Shown here in pieces: positions 10,943-23,956 of a stretch of DNA of 64,000 nucleotides; position 1 is the stretch's first letter; each line of letters begins with the position of its first letter. This DNA is from the human T2T-CHM13v2.0 reference genome, Homo sapiens, in the NCBI RefSeq assembly GCF_009914755.1, contig NC_060937.1, one strand, 5' to 3'. Under the pieces are notes generated by a model that saw nothing but the letters and a program-made list of their open reading frames with translations, made no database searches and was not told the DNA's origin. Both the position numbers and the translations under genes were made by a program.

Positions 10943-13764
10943 GACCTAAAGGATTACAACAAACAAACAAACCTGACTGTTCAGCATATAGGAGCAAAGC
11001 TTTTCACATGGAGAGAGTAGCCAGGGCAAAGGCCATGTGGTAGGAAGGCTCTTGATACCTTCAAGTATGTTTGCTCAGTGTAGACTGAGGAAGAGGAGAG
11101 TGCAGGGGATGAATTTGGAAAGAAGAGTCCACTGCAGACCATGCGTGAGTCCTGGGGAGCCCTCAGTCTCCCAGCTCCAGGATTCTACGATTCCGTCCCA
11201 GCCTTTTTTTCTCCATGTAAAAAAGAGGACAGCACATGCATTTTCCCATCTTTGCTGGGAATCAGGTTCTGATCTTGGCAAGCTGTCCAGAGAGCTCTCA
11301 CTTGGCAGGTGGAGGCTCCTCAGACTTTGTAAATGGGAAGCTTGTAGTCAAGAATTTCCAAATGTGATTAAAACGGAACTGCCATTGAAATCAGGTTTGC
11401 TGCCTGTCTCTCTGGTACTCAGAAAGAAGAACCCCTCCTGGACCTGGCAGGCAAACTCAGCGACACTGTTGGACTAGATTTAGGAAGGGCTGCCAGGTAG
11501 AAAGGAGATTTCAATAACTGTGCAGCCAAATTAGTAATTAGAACCACTGGGTACTGGGGACGCGCCATGAAAAACCCTATGACCTCTCGATAGTTGAAGT
11601 CATTGAGATAAATGGGCTTCAAGGCCAGGGCTTCATTTTAGAGAACGCGCATACTTTATGATTAACTCCAGATGACCACAGTGCCCGGAGACTGACCAAA
11701 TGCCGTTCATTTAAATCAGAAAATGCTAACTCGCTCAATAGTTTCTTTTGGCCAGTTCAGCCCTCGAACAGTTCAGAAAAGGGAAGGGTTGGCCCCAAAT
11801 ATCCTATATCAGCAGAGAAGTACAGATGAAATACATTTCCCTGGATGGTTTCAGTTTGAATCCAAGTCCAGCAGACTAAATCTCTACAATTTCCTCTGTC
11901 AGTGGTGAGTTATGCCATGGAACAGACAGTTCCAGAACGGTAAACAAAGGTAATGCTTTAAGTAAACGGACTGTACCTGCCTGTGAGAGCAATGGTGATC
12001 ACAGGCACCGGGCCGCAGCACACCTCCTCTGCGGCTTGTTTTAATTGAAACTGATGGAGCTGTGGAGCTGACCGGGTTTTGCATAAATCATCATCGGTAA
12101 TACTCTTTCAAGGGTAATCACAACATTAATATACCAAGCAGGAAGTGAAATAATTAAAATTTAGCACATTGCAGTATTGAAGTTTCTAAAATTAATCTAA
12201 AGCACCTTTTCTCAGTACAAATGAGCAATCGCTTCAATCCACAGAAACAGACATTTGTGCTACAATACCCAGACCATCAGCAACAAACAAGTTCCACTTT
12301 TCTTTCTACACTACAAATCACCTGCTTATATTTAAATCCTGTTCTTCTCTAGTGGTGCTAGAGTTTTTTTTCTTTTTTCATTTTACCTGCCTCTAGCTAA
12401 ATATGTGCCACAAGGCCACGTAAAATAGAAACCCTATAAATCTGGGGATATTGGAAAGAAAATCCTTCTCATATTACCCTTAGGAAGACAAGTCCAGCTC
12501 AGAGAATGAATACAGATACGTAGATTGGCAAGAAACCTGTGGTGATAAGCATCTCATTTCAATATATCTGTATAGAAAGCAATAAAATATCCAGGCTGGG
12601 TTTCTACGGTGAGCCACAGGGGTAAGATATTCAGTGGCACTAAATGGCTCACTCACCCTGATGAAGCAAGTATCTTCCATGCTTGGTGTCTTACAAAAGA
12701 TAATAAGCAAAAGAAGCTCCCTGTTGTAATACATAATCTCACACGCAGACAGCTTAAAACAGCAATATTTTGCAGAGAACTGCACCTTAATGTCTTAAGG
12801 ATAGAAATATCTTGACCTGGAAGCACTAACATAGTGATTGCGGTGCTTCCTCTTACCAAGTAATTAAACAGGAGCTCCTTGCAATGGGCAGGGTCCTCAA
12901 TACCCAGATGGCATTCCAACTAACAGCCAATCTGCCCCAAACTGTAAAGTTGGCAAAGCCTGCCTTTAGTGGTGCCTAATGCCACTTGGCATTGTTTCTT
13001 TTTCCCTCAATTTCATGTCTTCTGTAGGAAGGTAGGAATTTCCCAGTGTCTGGAGAGAAAAGAAGGTAATGAGACCCTGTTGCCCTTGTAAGAGTTACTT
13101 GATCAGGCAATTTCACCTAGACTTAATTGGAGAGAGGGACCCCAAAGTCGCATTTTTCGTAGTGGTATTTCAGACATTTTGGAAGGGGAATTAGCAGTGA
13201 GAGACCAAATAGGGCCCCAATGTCTCTTATATCACGTTATTCAAATCGTACTTCTATGCTGCCTATATGTAAAGCCAGTTCTGATAATTCATCATTTGAA
13301 GCAGACATTGCCATTTCCTATGCTGAGAAACTTTCTAGCAGGTTTGGTCACTTTCCAATGATGGGATATGTAAGAATAAATTAGAGTAGAGAGAACTGAA
13401 AATTAGAGTCAGGTTTCTGAGGATTGCCTGGCCAATAAGAACTCCCAGCAAATCATGAGTAGAAACACTGCTTCACTTGGAAAATAGTAAGGACTCTCAC
13501 CATATTATATTGTGCCTTTTTGAATGAAAATTTACTCATATGTTTGAAATGAAACTCTTCATGTTAATACCAGATAGTCCAGATGTGAGCAAGTCCCATT
13601 GAAACTCCGTAGACACAATCAAAGCAAAAGTGGAGGGCAGCATCTTTGATCAAAACATCAGTGTCTTTAAATGTGTCTCTAAACCTTACCTGGTACATAT
13701 ATCAAAGCTTTCATGCCCATCGAGTCAAGAAATGTTGATTGAGTGCATACTAAGATGGAAAAAT

Positions 13765-13967
13765 AGAAAGTGGGAAGCAGAAAAGAAAGAGGAAAAGCAC
13801 AAGCAAAAGAAAGAGCAGGAGAAAGAGGAGGGCAAAGAAGGAAATGAAAGAAGAGAAGCAAAGGAAGAAGGAAGAGGAGAACAGAAGAAGAAGAAGAGAA
13901 AGAGGAAGAGAAAGGGAAGGGAGATGAGGAAGAGGAAGATGTGGAGAAGAAAGGTAAGAAGAAGGAA
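13765..13967. repeat. Polypurine (GAA/GAG/AAG-rich) low-complexity tract
   Basis: About 200 bp almost entirely A/G on the + strand. Confidence 0.95.
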
Positions 13968-14610
13968 CAATTTTTAAAAAGTGGAAATTTCCTTCAGCTT
14001 CATTAAGCACCATTATTGTGAACGTTTTCTCCATCACTTGACGCTTGCCTGTCACCCTGCCTTCATGTGGTGTTATTCCCTGGTCACACTCACTAATACA
14101 TAAGAGAATCTATAGTATTTCTAAAACTTTCCCCATTTAGTTCCAAATGCAGCCAACTCTTAGAGTGGTTTTAACCAAGGGTCTAGTTACTTCCCCTCCT
14201 TACTGTGATAATACAGCAAAAGACATTTTGCTCCTGGATTTTATTTTGGTTTTGAGTGTGCTGAATTTTGATAACTTTGTCATTAAGCACAATTAAGAAA
14301 ATAATGTAATTAAGGAGTACATAGCACAGGTGAAGCATAATTATTTGGACTCCCAGAAAATCAGCTCTCAGAAGCAAAGCTGCAACTTGAGGGAGGATCA
14401 GTAAACCATGTGTCATCCGCCTCTGAGGTAGAGATGCTGCCATCTGCACTGGGTGGAATCCAAGCAAACAACCAGCCAGCCAGGAAGCTAAATGCAGGAA
14501 CAATGGGGATGGAACCCCAGGAACACATCTGATCCCTTGAGTAGCCAAGTTAATTCTATAAATGGTTAGAGTTGATAGGCATTCAGAGAAATATAAAAAA
14601 TGAAAAGTTC

Positions 14611-14927
14611 AACCTTGATGGAATTGGAGACTATTATTTGAAGTGAAGTAACTCAGGAATGGAAAAACCAAACATCATATGTTCTTACTCATAATTGGGA
14701 GCTGAGCTATGAGGATGCAGAGGCATAAGAATGATACAATGGATTTTGGGGACTCAGGGAGAAGGGTGAGATAAAAGGCTACACATTGGGTAGAGTGTAC
14801 ACTGCTTGGGTGATGGGTACACCAAAATCTCAGAAACCACCACTAAAGAACTTACTCATGTGACCAAACACCACCTGTTTCCCAAAACCCTATTAAAATA
14901 GAAAAATAAATGTTAAAAAAAGAGAGA
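14611..14927 (+). mobile_element. 5'-truncated L1PB-type 3' end with TSD
   Basis: GGAATTGGAGACTATTATT...CTATGAGGATGCA.AGGCATAAGAATGATACAATGG...CACCAAAATCTCAGAAACCACCACTAAAGAACTT; A-rich tail; 16-bp TSD AAAAAATGAAAAGTTC at 14595-14610 and 14928-14943. Confidence 0.9.
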
Positions 14928-16628
14928 AAAAAATGAAAAGTTCTATATTTTCTCCTGCCAGCTGGTATCCTACTTTGACCCTCTCTCACAAGAAAATATA
15001 AAGCGTGGCCTACAATAAAATAGTAGTTAGGGAAGTAAAGTTGTCGGGTCAACAATGTATATAGCTTGAGAGCAGGAGCTTTCACAATGCATGGCATAGA
15101 ATAAGTGTTCAATTAAATAAATGTTGAGCTGTTAAGTCTAGACCTGGAACTGCAACGGAAATTGACTCCGAAGTAGACCTGACCCAGAGGTTACAAATGG
15201 TTCTGAGATTTTTCTCCACTAAAACCAGGGAATTTTAGAAGCTGGTTCAGAACCCCAGTTCACAGGGAATAACCCCACAGAAGGTGAGTAGACAGAGTTG
15301 AAACAGGTAAGATCCCAGTGTGTGTTTGCCAGCAGACAGGAGTAACATTTGTGTCAAAGTGTAAATAGAAACTTGCTTCAGTTTATGCAAATCACAGACA
15401 TACAAGAAATACGGAAAAAGAACAGAGTGCCGGGTATCTTTGGGGTATATATTGAAGTCTCCTCGTGTATGATATAAATGAGTTTTCCTTTGTGTTTTGA
15501 TCTTTATTCACATAGAAACAAAAATGCCTTTTTATTTGGCTTGTTTACAATTTTTAAACTTATTTTGTAAATATTTTATAATATTTAAAACAGTATATAA
15601 TATAATGAGGACTCTATGCCTCTTGCTGCAAAAATAATTAATAATACTTGGCAGTTAATGACACTTTTCATCATTAAATCTCTTTGTAGACATTAATTAA
15701 GGGAAAGATACTTCATCTTTTTAAATTTGCTGTTATCCTGCTATCACCGCATTTCATGAATATCAGTTGCAATGGGAAGTAAAATATGTAGAATTGAAAG
15801 CACAAATCTACCAAAGCTTTGCTGGATAGGTAAAAATAAGCCTTTGTGTGCTTTTTGTTGTCCTTTGTCCCTTCAATTACATTCGTAAATAATTTTTACT
15901 CATGTCTGTACCTTAAAGTCTATTTTTTTATTGTTGACTACAACTCCTGTGATACTGTATTTAAAAAACCAAATATTTTATAATGTATTTTGAATTATTC
16001 AAATGTAAAACTTCGTGCATAAAGACACCAAAGGTACTCAGGTTTGTCCGAAAATAGTCCAACTGGCAAAGTCAGTCCAGACCCTGCTTTTCTTCCCTGT
16101 AAAGTAGAGGTTCATTTGCCAGGAGAGGGGATCCTTTCAGTCTTCCTTCTTCCTCACTTGAAAGGTACAAAATCTTGTTCATCTCCAGGGCCAGACTTAG
16201 CCTTATTTCAATGCGCTTCTTCCTTCAGAAGTCTCTCCCCATTTGTTTCTAATGTCTGAAAATCTTAAGATAATCCTTATTCTACCTCCTCCTTGTCATA
16301 TAAAATAGCTGCCATCAGGCCAGGACCCTTAGCATCTTCCATCATTTTCACCTTCACCTGTGTTTACCTCCTTCAATTCTGTCTTGGAGCCTCACTCCCC
16401 TCCCCTCCAGCTCAGTCCTCCACCAAAAGTTGGTGCTGCCCTGGTGTTCCCCCAGTAATCAACTTCTTTTTTACATTTATCTTTAATTTTGCCCTCCTTT
16501 CTGACTTCTTCCTCACAGGAATTCTTTAAATGTAAAAGACATGTGTTGTATGCATCCTTTCCAGGTATCGTCCCATCCTTCTCTTTTTGGGGGGCTTCTT
16601 CTGCAAAAGTAGCGTTCTACAAGAATAA

Positions 16629-17055
16629 TACCTTAGTCCATTTACATTGCTCTGAAGGAATACCTGAGCCTGGGTAATTGATAAAGAAAACAGGTTTATT
16701 TGGCTCACAGTTCTGTTCTGCAGGTTGTACAAGAAAAATGGCACCAGCATCTGCTTCTAATGAGGAGCTCAGGCTGCCCACACTCATGGTGGAAGGTGAA
16801 GCAAAGCCAGCATGTACTGAGATCACATGGTGAGAAAGGAAGCAAGGGGCTGGGGAGGTGCCAGGCTCTTTTTCACAACAGGCACTGGCAGGAACAAATA
16901 GAGCAAGAACTGACTCATTACCATGAGGATGACACCACACAATTCATAAGGCTTCTACTCCCATGACCCAAACACCTCCCATTAAGCCCCACCTCCAGCA
17001 CTGGGGATCTAATGTCAACATGAGGTTAGGAGAGTCAAATATACAACCTATAGCA
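16629..17055 (-). mobile_element. Solo MSTB-type MaLR LTR
   Basis: CTTAGTCCATTT...GGGTAATT.ATAAAGAAAA.AGGTTTATTTGGCTCACAGTTCTG...GCACCAGCATCTGCTTCT...AACCTATAGCA; 427 bp. Confidence 0.88.
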
Positions 17056-17099
17056 AGTAGCCTACATTGTTGTCTGCATTTTCTCTTCTCCCAGCCCTC

Positions 17100-17755
17100 A
17101 CAACTTTGTGAATTATGACCTTGCCATTCTGCCAAGGAAACTAGTGATCATCTCAGTGTCAACTCAATGGGTACCTTCCACTTAGCATCTCCTTCCTGGA
17201 CTTCTTCAATATTGCCCTTTACTGGTCCTCCCCATTCCTGTGGAATGCTCCTTTTCAGTGTGTATCAGGGTTCTCATCTCCTGAATGTTATTGTTTCCAA
17301 TAATTCTTCTTTGTGAGTTCTAACTGCCTTCTATCTTCCTGGGGGACTTCATTTATCCCAGGTATCAACTAACATCTTAACAACCACAGGCTGAACATGT
17401 TATACCCTATGAGGCTCTGTCTTTCACACCCTGTTTCCTCTGCCTGAGGTGTCATTCATTCCTAGACATTCTGAAGACTTTCTTATCAATCTTTAAGACC
17501 CAGATCAAGGAGAATTCTCAAATGTCCTTTCTTCTTTTCTATTCTTCCCCCCACCCACCCCTAAGAGAATGAGTTACTCTCTCCTTAGCACTCTCATGAC
17601 ATGTTACACGTATTTTGATGTATGTGTGGATGAGTGTGTGTGTGTGTGTGTATGTATGTATGTGTGTGTGTGTGCTCCATTTATTGATATCTCAAGATTT
17701 CTTAGGGGAAGGGACTCCAGCTAGGTGATCTTTGCATTCCCAGCACATAGAAGAG
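17100..17755 (+). mobile_element. Degraded L2 fragments containing a (TG)/(TATG) microsatellite at about 17618-17674
   Basis: L2-type motifs (GTTTCCTCTGCCTG...CTTTAAGACCCAG...; ATCTTTGCATTCCCAGCAC); boundaries approximate. Confidence 0.5.
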
Positions 17756-18664
17756 TCGAACCAAGAGGACTGTTTCAGATAGAGAATGGGAGAGAATAGC
17801 AATGTGGATTCAGTTCAAGGTTACTTTTTCTTTGTTTTACTCCCAAAGCAGCTAATGAGCATTGCATAAGATATAAATCAGGCAAGGGTGCTGGGAACAA
17901 ATGCAGCTCCCACTGATTCTCTTTGAAGCTTACAATAGTATGCCCAAAGTTGCTGGTATTGACAAGCAACCAAAGTGAGACATATACCATATCAGAAAAC
18001 CTGAGAACTGTAGCTTTGCTGCCTTTTATAGCCACAGCCACGTCAGCATCCAGAAAAATCATATACACTATATAAGAAATCAATTTTGCAACTCAAATGG
18101 GTGAGCCCCATCCAGCTTAAGGACCAAGTTCCCTAACCTCAAATGACTTACCACATCAGCCCTGGGTCAAACTTCCCTTATTTATACTTATGCTTTAGGG
18201 CCTAGGAATTTTCTAGTATGTCTACTTCAAATTTTCTCATGGCCAAAACAGGCCTATATGAATTTCATAAATATTTAATGAATATATTGGTAAATGAGTA
18301 AATGACCACTTGGTTAAAATAAAGCATTGACTGTGTAATTCATCACCGAGTCACCCATTGACAGTGGGTGCAAGACAGCTTCACTGAGTACAACTAGCAA
18401 AATTTCTCATCACAGATTATTTGAGACGAGCAGTTATCTGAGACAACCCAGGAAGATGAGTCTAGGAAGACTTGTTGAGTTTGGATAATGGAGTCCAATT
18501 GATCTATTTCCTACTGTAATTCTGATATTATAGTGTGTTTTAAACTGCTTCCCATCTAGTTGAAAAAGGTAATAACATGAATGATGATTTATTCTGATTC
18601 CATTAAGAAACCCCCTTATGAAGGATCTGAGGGTAGAGTGGATGAATGTATGTGTGTATGTATG

Positions 18665-19223
18665 TGTATTATTCAGGGTTCTCTAGAGGGACAGAACTAA
18701 CAGGATATATGTATATACAAAAGGGAATTTATTCAGGAGAAGTCACTCACACGATCACAAGGTAAAGTCCCACAGTAGGCTGTCTGCAAGTTGAGGAGCA
18801 AGGAAGCCAAAGGTGAATCAGTCTGAGTCCCAAAACCTCAAAAGTAGGGAAGCCAACAGTGCAGCCTTCAGTCTGTGGCCAAAGACCTGAAAGCCCCTGG
18901 CAAACCACTGGTGTAAGTCCAAGAGTACAAAAGATGAAGAACATGGAGTCTGATGTTCGAGGGCAGGAACCATCTAGCGTGGGAGAAAGGTGAAGCCTGG
19001 AAGACTCAGCAAGTCTGCTCTTCCATCTTCCCCTGCTTGCTTTATCCTAGCCACACTGGCAGCTGATTAGATGGTGCCCACCCAGATTGAGGATGAGTCT
19101 GCCTCTCCCAGTCCACTGACTCAAGTGTTAATCTCCTTTGGCAACACCCTCACAGACATACCTAGGAACAACACCTTGCATCCTTCAATCCAATCAAGTT
19201 GACACTCAATATTAACCATCACG
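18665..19223 (-). mobile_element. Solo MLT2A (HERV-L) LTR, MLT2A2-like length
   Basis: TGTATT..TCAGGGTTCTCTAGAGGGACAGAACTAA...CAATCCAATCAAGTTGACACTCAATATTAACCATCAC; perfect 5-bp TSD GTATG at 18660-18664 and 19224-19228. Confidence 0.92.
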
Positions 19224-19649
19224 GTATGCAAATTCATTCAGAGAAACTCAATATTCATTCTGTTTCGATTGCACTTTGTATCCTAAGAACTCTATTTTCA
19301 ATAGTATCACTTTGCATATGAAATAGCAGTATATCTACAGTGAGGATTTAATAACAACTTGGCTGATTGTCTGAAGATACAACAGAAATATAATTCCCTA
19401 AGCAGCAAAGGTTTGTAGAGGGCTTTCTGTGTGCCAAAAACTATGAAAGACTGTTCTTTGGACTCAGGAGCTTATAAAGGTGTAGATGAGACAAAGTATT
19501 ATGACAACATATATGAAATATCATAAAGCATACATGAAACATTAGGAAAGAGTATATTGAATCATGTGCTCAATTATGTGATTCAAATCAAATGCTATAG
19601 AATAGAGATAGTGTGAGAATGACATGGCCAGCACATAATTAGAGGAGCA

Positions 19650-19765
19650 GCAGGTCCTTTGAAATCAGTTCTAGGTTTAAGTTCTGCCTCTGCACATTAA
19701 CTTTCACTGTAAGCAAGCTTTAAAAGACCTCTCTATGCCTCAGCTTCCTTATCAGTAGAGATGAT
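19650..19765 (+). mobile_element. MIR relic
   Basis: CTAGGTTTAAGTTCTGCCTCTGC...ACCTCTCTATGCCTCAGCTTCCTTATC, the MIR core. Confidence 0.65.
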
Positions 19766-20149
19766 TCATCTATTCTATTGACTTGCCAATTCTGCGCCCT
19801 CCAAAGTTTTCTTCCATGCAATGTTGGCATCAGACAGAGTAGGTGAGGCAATATGAATACATACATACTTAATTTGTTTATAATGCTTATGGTAAAATCA
19901 GAGGAAGATGCACATTCTGTCTCCCAAAGAGGTTGGGCTCAGCCCAACTCCAATATACAAAATCTATAGTCACTCCCTTCAAAATCTGCTATTTTGTCTG
20001 TCATTCAAACTCCTCCCACACCCAAGTCTCAGTCTTCCCCAGTGGTGGAATGAATGTGATAGCATGTTATTCCTTGTTGATTACTATTTATTTTTCACTT
20101 TAAAGTGTAAAATTATGACCACGATACATAACCAATCAAGTGAACACTG

Positions 20150-20900
20150 GTGAAGATTTTTCCAGGATAAGAAGCAATAAGTACAAAGCTCTGAGGCAGA
20201 AAAAACAGGGATATGTTCAAGATAGAGAGAAAAGGGGTTGGTAAAGCTGGGACATAGTGAGTGAGGGGGACAGTGATGGGGGCAGATCTGATGGGCAGGC
20301 AGCCATCAGATCACAAAGGCTAAGTTAGGAGGTATGTGTTTCTTCCAAGAGCAAAGCAAAGCCATTGTAGGCTTAAGGTAGTGAGGTGATGTGATTAGAT
20401 TCATGATTCAAGGCACATTCTTATGCTGGATCTTTATAAAGGAACCAGAAAAAAAGCATGAGACAAATCAGGAGATTATTTCCATATTCCAAGCTGGAGA
20501 TGATGGTGCTTAAGCTAAAGTTATTTGAACAAAAAGGAAGAACTTGAGATATATTAAATATGGATTTCTAACAAGCATGACAGATTTAAGGAACAGAATA
20601 GCCAGTGTAGCTGGGGAAGTGAAAAGAGTGATGGGAAGGTGAGGTCTGAGAGGTAAGCAAGAATCACATCAAAGAAGCCAACTTAAGGAACTTGCTGCCA
20701 ATAATTTGGGATAATTTGTTGTCAAATTGAGGGAGGGGCAGGCAGGCAATGGGAAAGAGATAAACTAAAGATGACTCATTTCTAAGTTTGAGGTCAGAGC
20801 AAATTAGTAACTGGTTTTACCGTTTACTGAGATGGGCAACTCCTAGGGAAGAATCATTGTTGAAAGTTGAAATTTGGAGTTTTGTGGTAGGCATGAGATA
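20150..20900 (-). mobile_element. L2 LINE relic
   Basis: TTCCAGG...GTACAAAGCTCTGAGGCAG...AAGCCATTGTAGG...GGAGATGATGGTG...TTTACTGAGATGGG, the purine-rich L2 antisense pattern. Confidence 0.7.
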
Positions 20901-23799
20901 ATAATAGTAGCTACTTTGTGTGATTGTTGGGCCAACTAAATGAGCAAATGCAAATAAAGAGCTTCCCCCAACAACTTTGTGCATAATAAGAACTCAAAAA
21001 TATTGATTGTTACTTTCCTTATCAACATTATTATTCACAAAACTATCTTTGTCAACAGAAAAGTTCCCGAAAGGGGCAGCCTCATTTTTTCCATGAGCTC
21101 CCTATCCCGTCACTTGTGGACACCAACAGTGTATGATGCATTCGGTGAAAAAACAAACAAAAAAAGTGTCTGGTTGGCTTCTCTCTCATGCACATGCAAT
21201 CAATTACTTTCTGAATGGAAAGGAAGTGAAGCAGAAGTAAATGAAATTTACAAAGCCCCTATGCATCTGATTTTATTTTCCATGAAGATTAAGTTTTTCC
21301 CAGACGGATTACATTCCTTCCATCATTAGTTAAGCCCATCTTAGTAAAAATTCTATTCAGGAAAATATCTGAGAAAAGCAGTCAATTTGGTTATGCAAAG
21401 AGCTTTGCTTTATATAAAATCAGAGTATCTGTTTAAAAGAAATTACAGATGGAAGTGGAGAGTTAGAAATTTCCCACCTCCCTCCACATCTGCCCTCATA
21501 TCTGCCCCCACCACTACCTCTAGATAATAAACAGTCACCCTCTCGACACATTCATATGCTGAAAAAGGAGCATCGACATAGAAAATAATTGCCAAGCAGA
21601 ACACAGAGCTTTCGTTTGCCCTCAGGATATAAAATGCACCAGGACACCTTCTGTGAGATGGCTGAGGGGAAGTAATTATTTAGATCCACACTCTTTATCA
21701 ACATCCCTGAAGCAGAAAGCAAAATGAATAACCAGTAAATAGATGTCACTCCCAGACAATGAGCCTCTAAAAATAAAAGCTAAAAGGGCAAACATCTGTC
21801 TTGAAGTTGGTCTTGGATTTTCCTGGCAGAGGGTAGGCAGAGGTGAATGTCGTTGGCCATTCTCATGAAGATCCAGGAAGAAAGGAAAAACTAGAGAAAC
21901 GCTGCTGCAACATTCTAAAAGCTAATGGCTCTTCAGAATACCTGCATACTGCATGAGACCTCCCAGACTTTCCCTGGATGACGGTCATTTGGTCATCCAT
22001 CTGGGTGTGTCAGATGAATTTTTCAGGATGATTCTAGTGCATCTGAAATCGTAGGTCTTCATATGCTTGACACAGGCTGATCATTTGTCTTCCTGCAAGA
22101 AGTTAAATTTATCATTTTTAATTGACAAGAAAACTCTGAATTCAGTCAAAGCCAAATGTGAGAAGGACTGAGAGTCATTGAAAATGCTACTAGGAAAGGT
22201 CTGTTTCCCAAAAGGGCATTTTGCCCTTAAGGAAGCACAAATGAGGTAGGCGTATTTGGGAATGTTTGTTTCTTTACACAAATGCACATTTTTTCTCATA
22301 TCACCTGTGCATCATGTGAAGTGACATTTCCTCTGGTAATTACGCATTTTCTTTCAGCAGCAGAGGAAATTTTCATGTGAAAGGCACATAACTGTCAACC
22401 CATGAAGTAGTGCTTTTTAGGAAACTTAATCCCGGATGCCCAGAGCCTGAATTTTGTTCCTGAGGGTCATATGAAGGTCAACAAGAACATATCTTTTTCT
22501 TTAGATAAGAATGCATATCTCAAGCATAGGAGTCCATAAAAAACTAACATGAAATCTTAAAAGTTCCAAACCACAAATATCCCAACACTTAAACCTAGGG
22601 CATCAAACTAACCAGTAGCAAAAGGAAATAAGGTTGAAAACAGCCCCAGGAGGCCATTCATCCACAGCTGCACGATGATGCTCTGCAAGTCATGGCAACA
22701 ACAGGGCAAGAAGGGATGGAGATAATTTTCATATTTGAGATATAGGATTGAATATACACATGTGAATAAAGACAAAGATGTAGGATTGGATACAGTAAGA
22801 TGCAGTGGAGTTTAAGCAAAGAAAATGCATTCAGAAACCTTTTTTTTTAACTAGAGAAAAAATTATTCGTATTAAAGTGTTAACCTGGGTTAAGTCTTTT
22901 TCCAGAGAGCTAACTATGCCAATCTTCTTACTTATAATCACACCAATCTGCTGCAATAAAATCTCCAGAATGCCTGCTTGTGTATTGTTCAGTTGAGAGG
23001 AATGTGTTATGCACGCTTTAGTACTGAAGCTGTTTAAAGCTGTAAATAGTTTTATGCTCATATTATCACTTTTAAGAAGAAGAAGAAAAAGATCAAGTAG
23101 GCTCTTATCACCTCTCTGTGGTGATCCTCTCCCAAAGTTTTGTACACGCAACTCTTCTCTGAAGTCACAGAACTTGATCCCACGTTCCTCCTTTTCAGCA
23201 AAATGACCTGTGACCATAAATGATATCAGGAATCTAACAAAAGAGATACAAAAATGACAGCCATGACATGTCCTCTAGACTCTCCCTGGCCAGTGATGGT
23301 CACTGTCTAGGCTCTGATTCAGAGCCTGGGTGCATGGAAGGAAATCACACAATTCCAGGATCTCACAATTTTCTCAAAGACTTTCCAGTCCACAGGGCCA
23401 GTGTCAGGGTAGACAGAGGCAAAGATATGCATCCTCCATGAGCATGTATACCCTCTCATTGTAAATTATGGCCAAGTGAGAGTCATTCAGGGAGACACAG
23501 GGGAAAGGGACTCTACATCCTTGCTCCTGTAGACCAACATGAGCTCTCTGAGGAGCAGGGGATGGGAGCTGCTGTGTTATTTTACAGGTTAAGTCACATG
23601 TCACGTGTCCTTGCTCTGTCCCCTGTTAACAGCAAAGATCCTGTCAAATGCATTCAGTAAGGGATTAGTAAACTAGAGCTGACACACATAGTTCTGGACC
23701 CAGAGGGTCTTTGATAGAACCCTGTAGTTCATTCATCTACCTTTAGGAAGAGCTGTGGGGATATGACCTGCGTTGTTTTCTTAAAATAAGGAAATAGGG

Positions 23800-23956
23800 A
23801 CATGTGGGAGGAGGGAGAGGAGCAGAAAAGATAACGATTGGGTACTGGGCTTAATACCCAGGTGATGAAATAATCCGTATGACAAACCCCCATGATGTGT
23901 TTATCTATGTAATAAACTTTCACGTGTACCCCCAAACCTAAAATAAAAGTTAAAAA
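23800..23956 (+). mobile_element. Short old L1PA (about L1PA15/16) 3' end
   Basis: GGAGAGGAGCAGAAAAGATAAC.ATTGGGTACTGGGCTTAATACC..GGTGATGAAATAAT...AACCTAAAATAAAAGTTAAAAA. Confidence 0.85.

Noticed and set aside
13630-14055. K/E/R-rich and F/L/S-rich ORFs
   Set aside because: Translations of the polypurine low-complexity tract on both strands.
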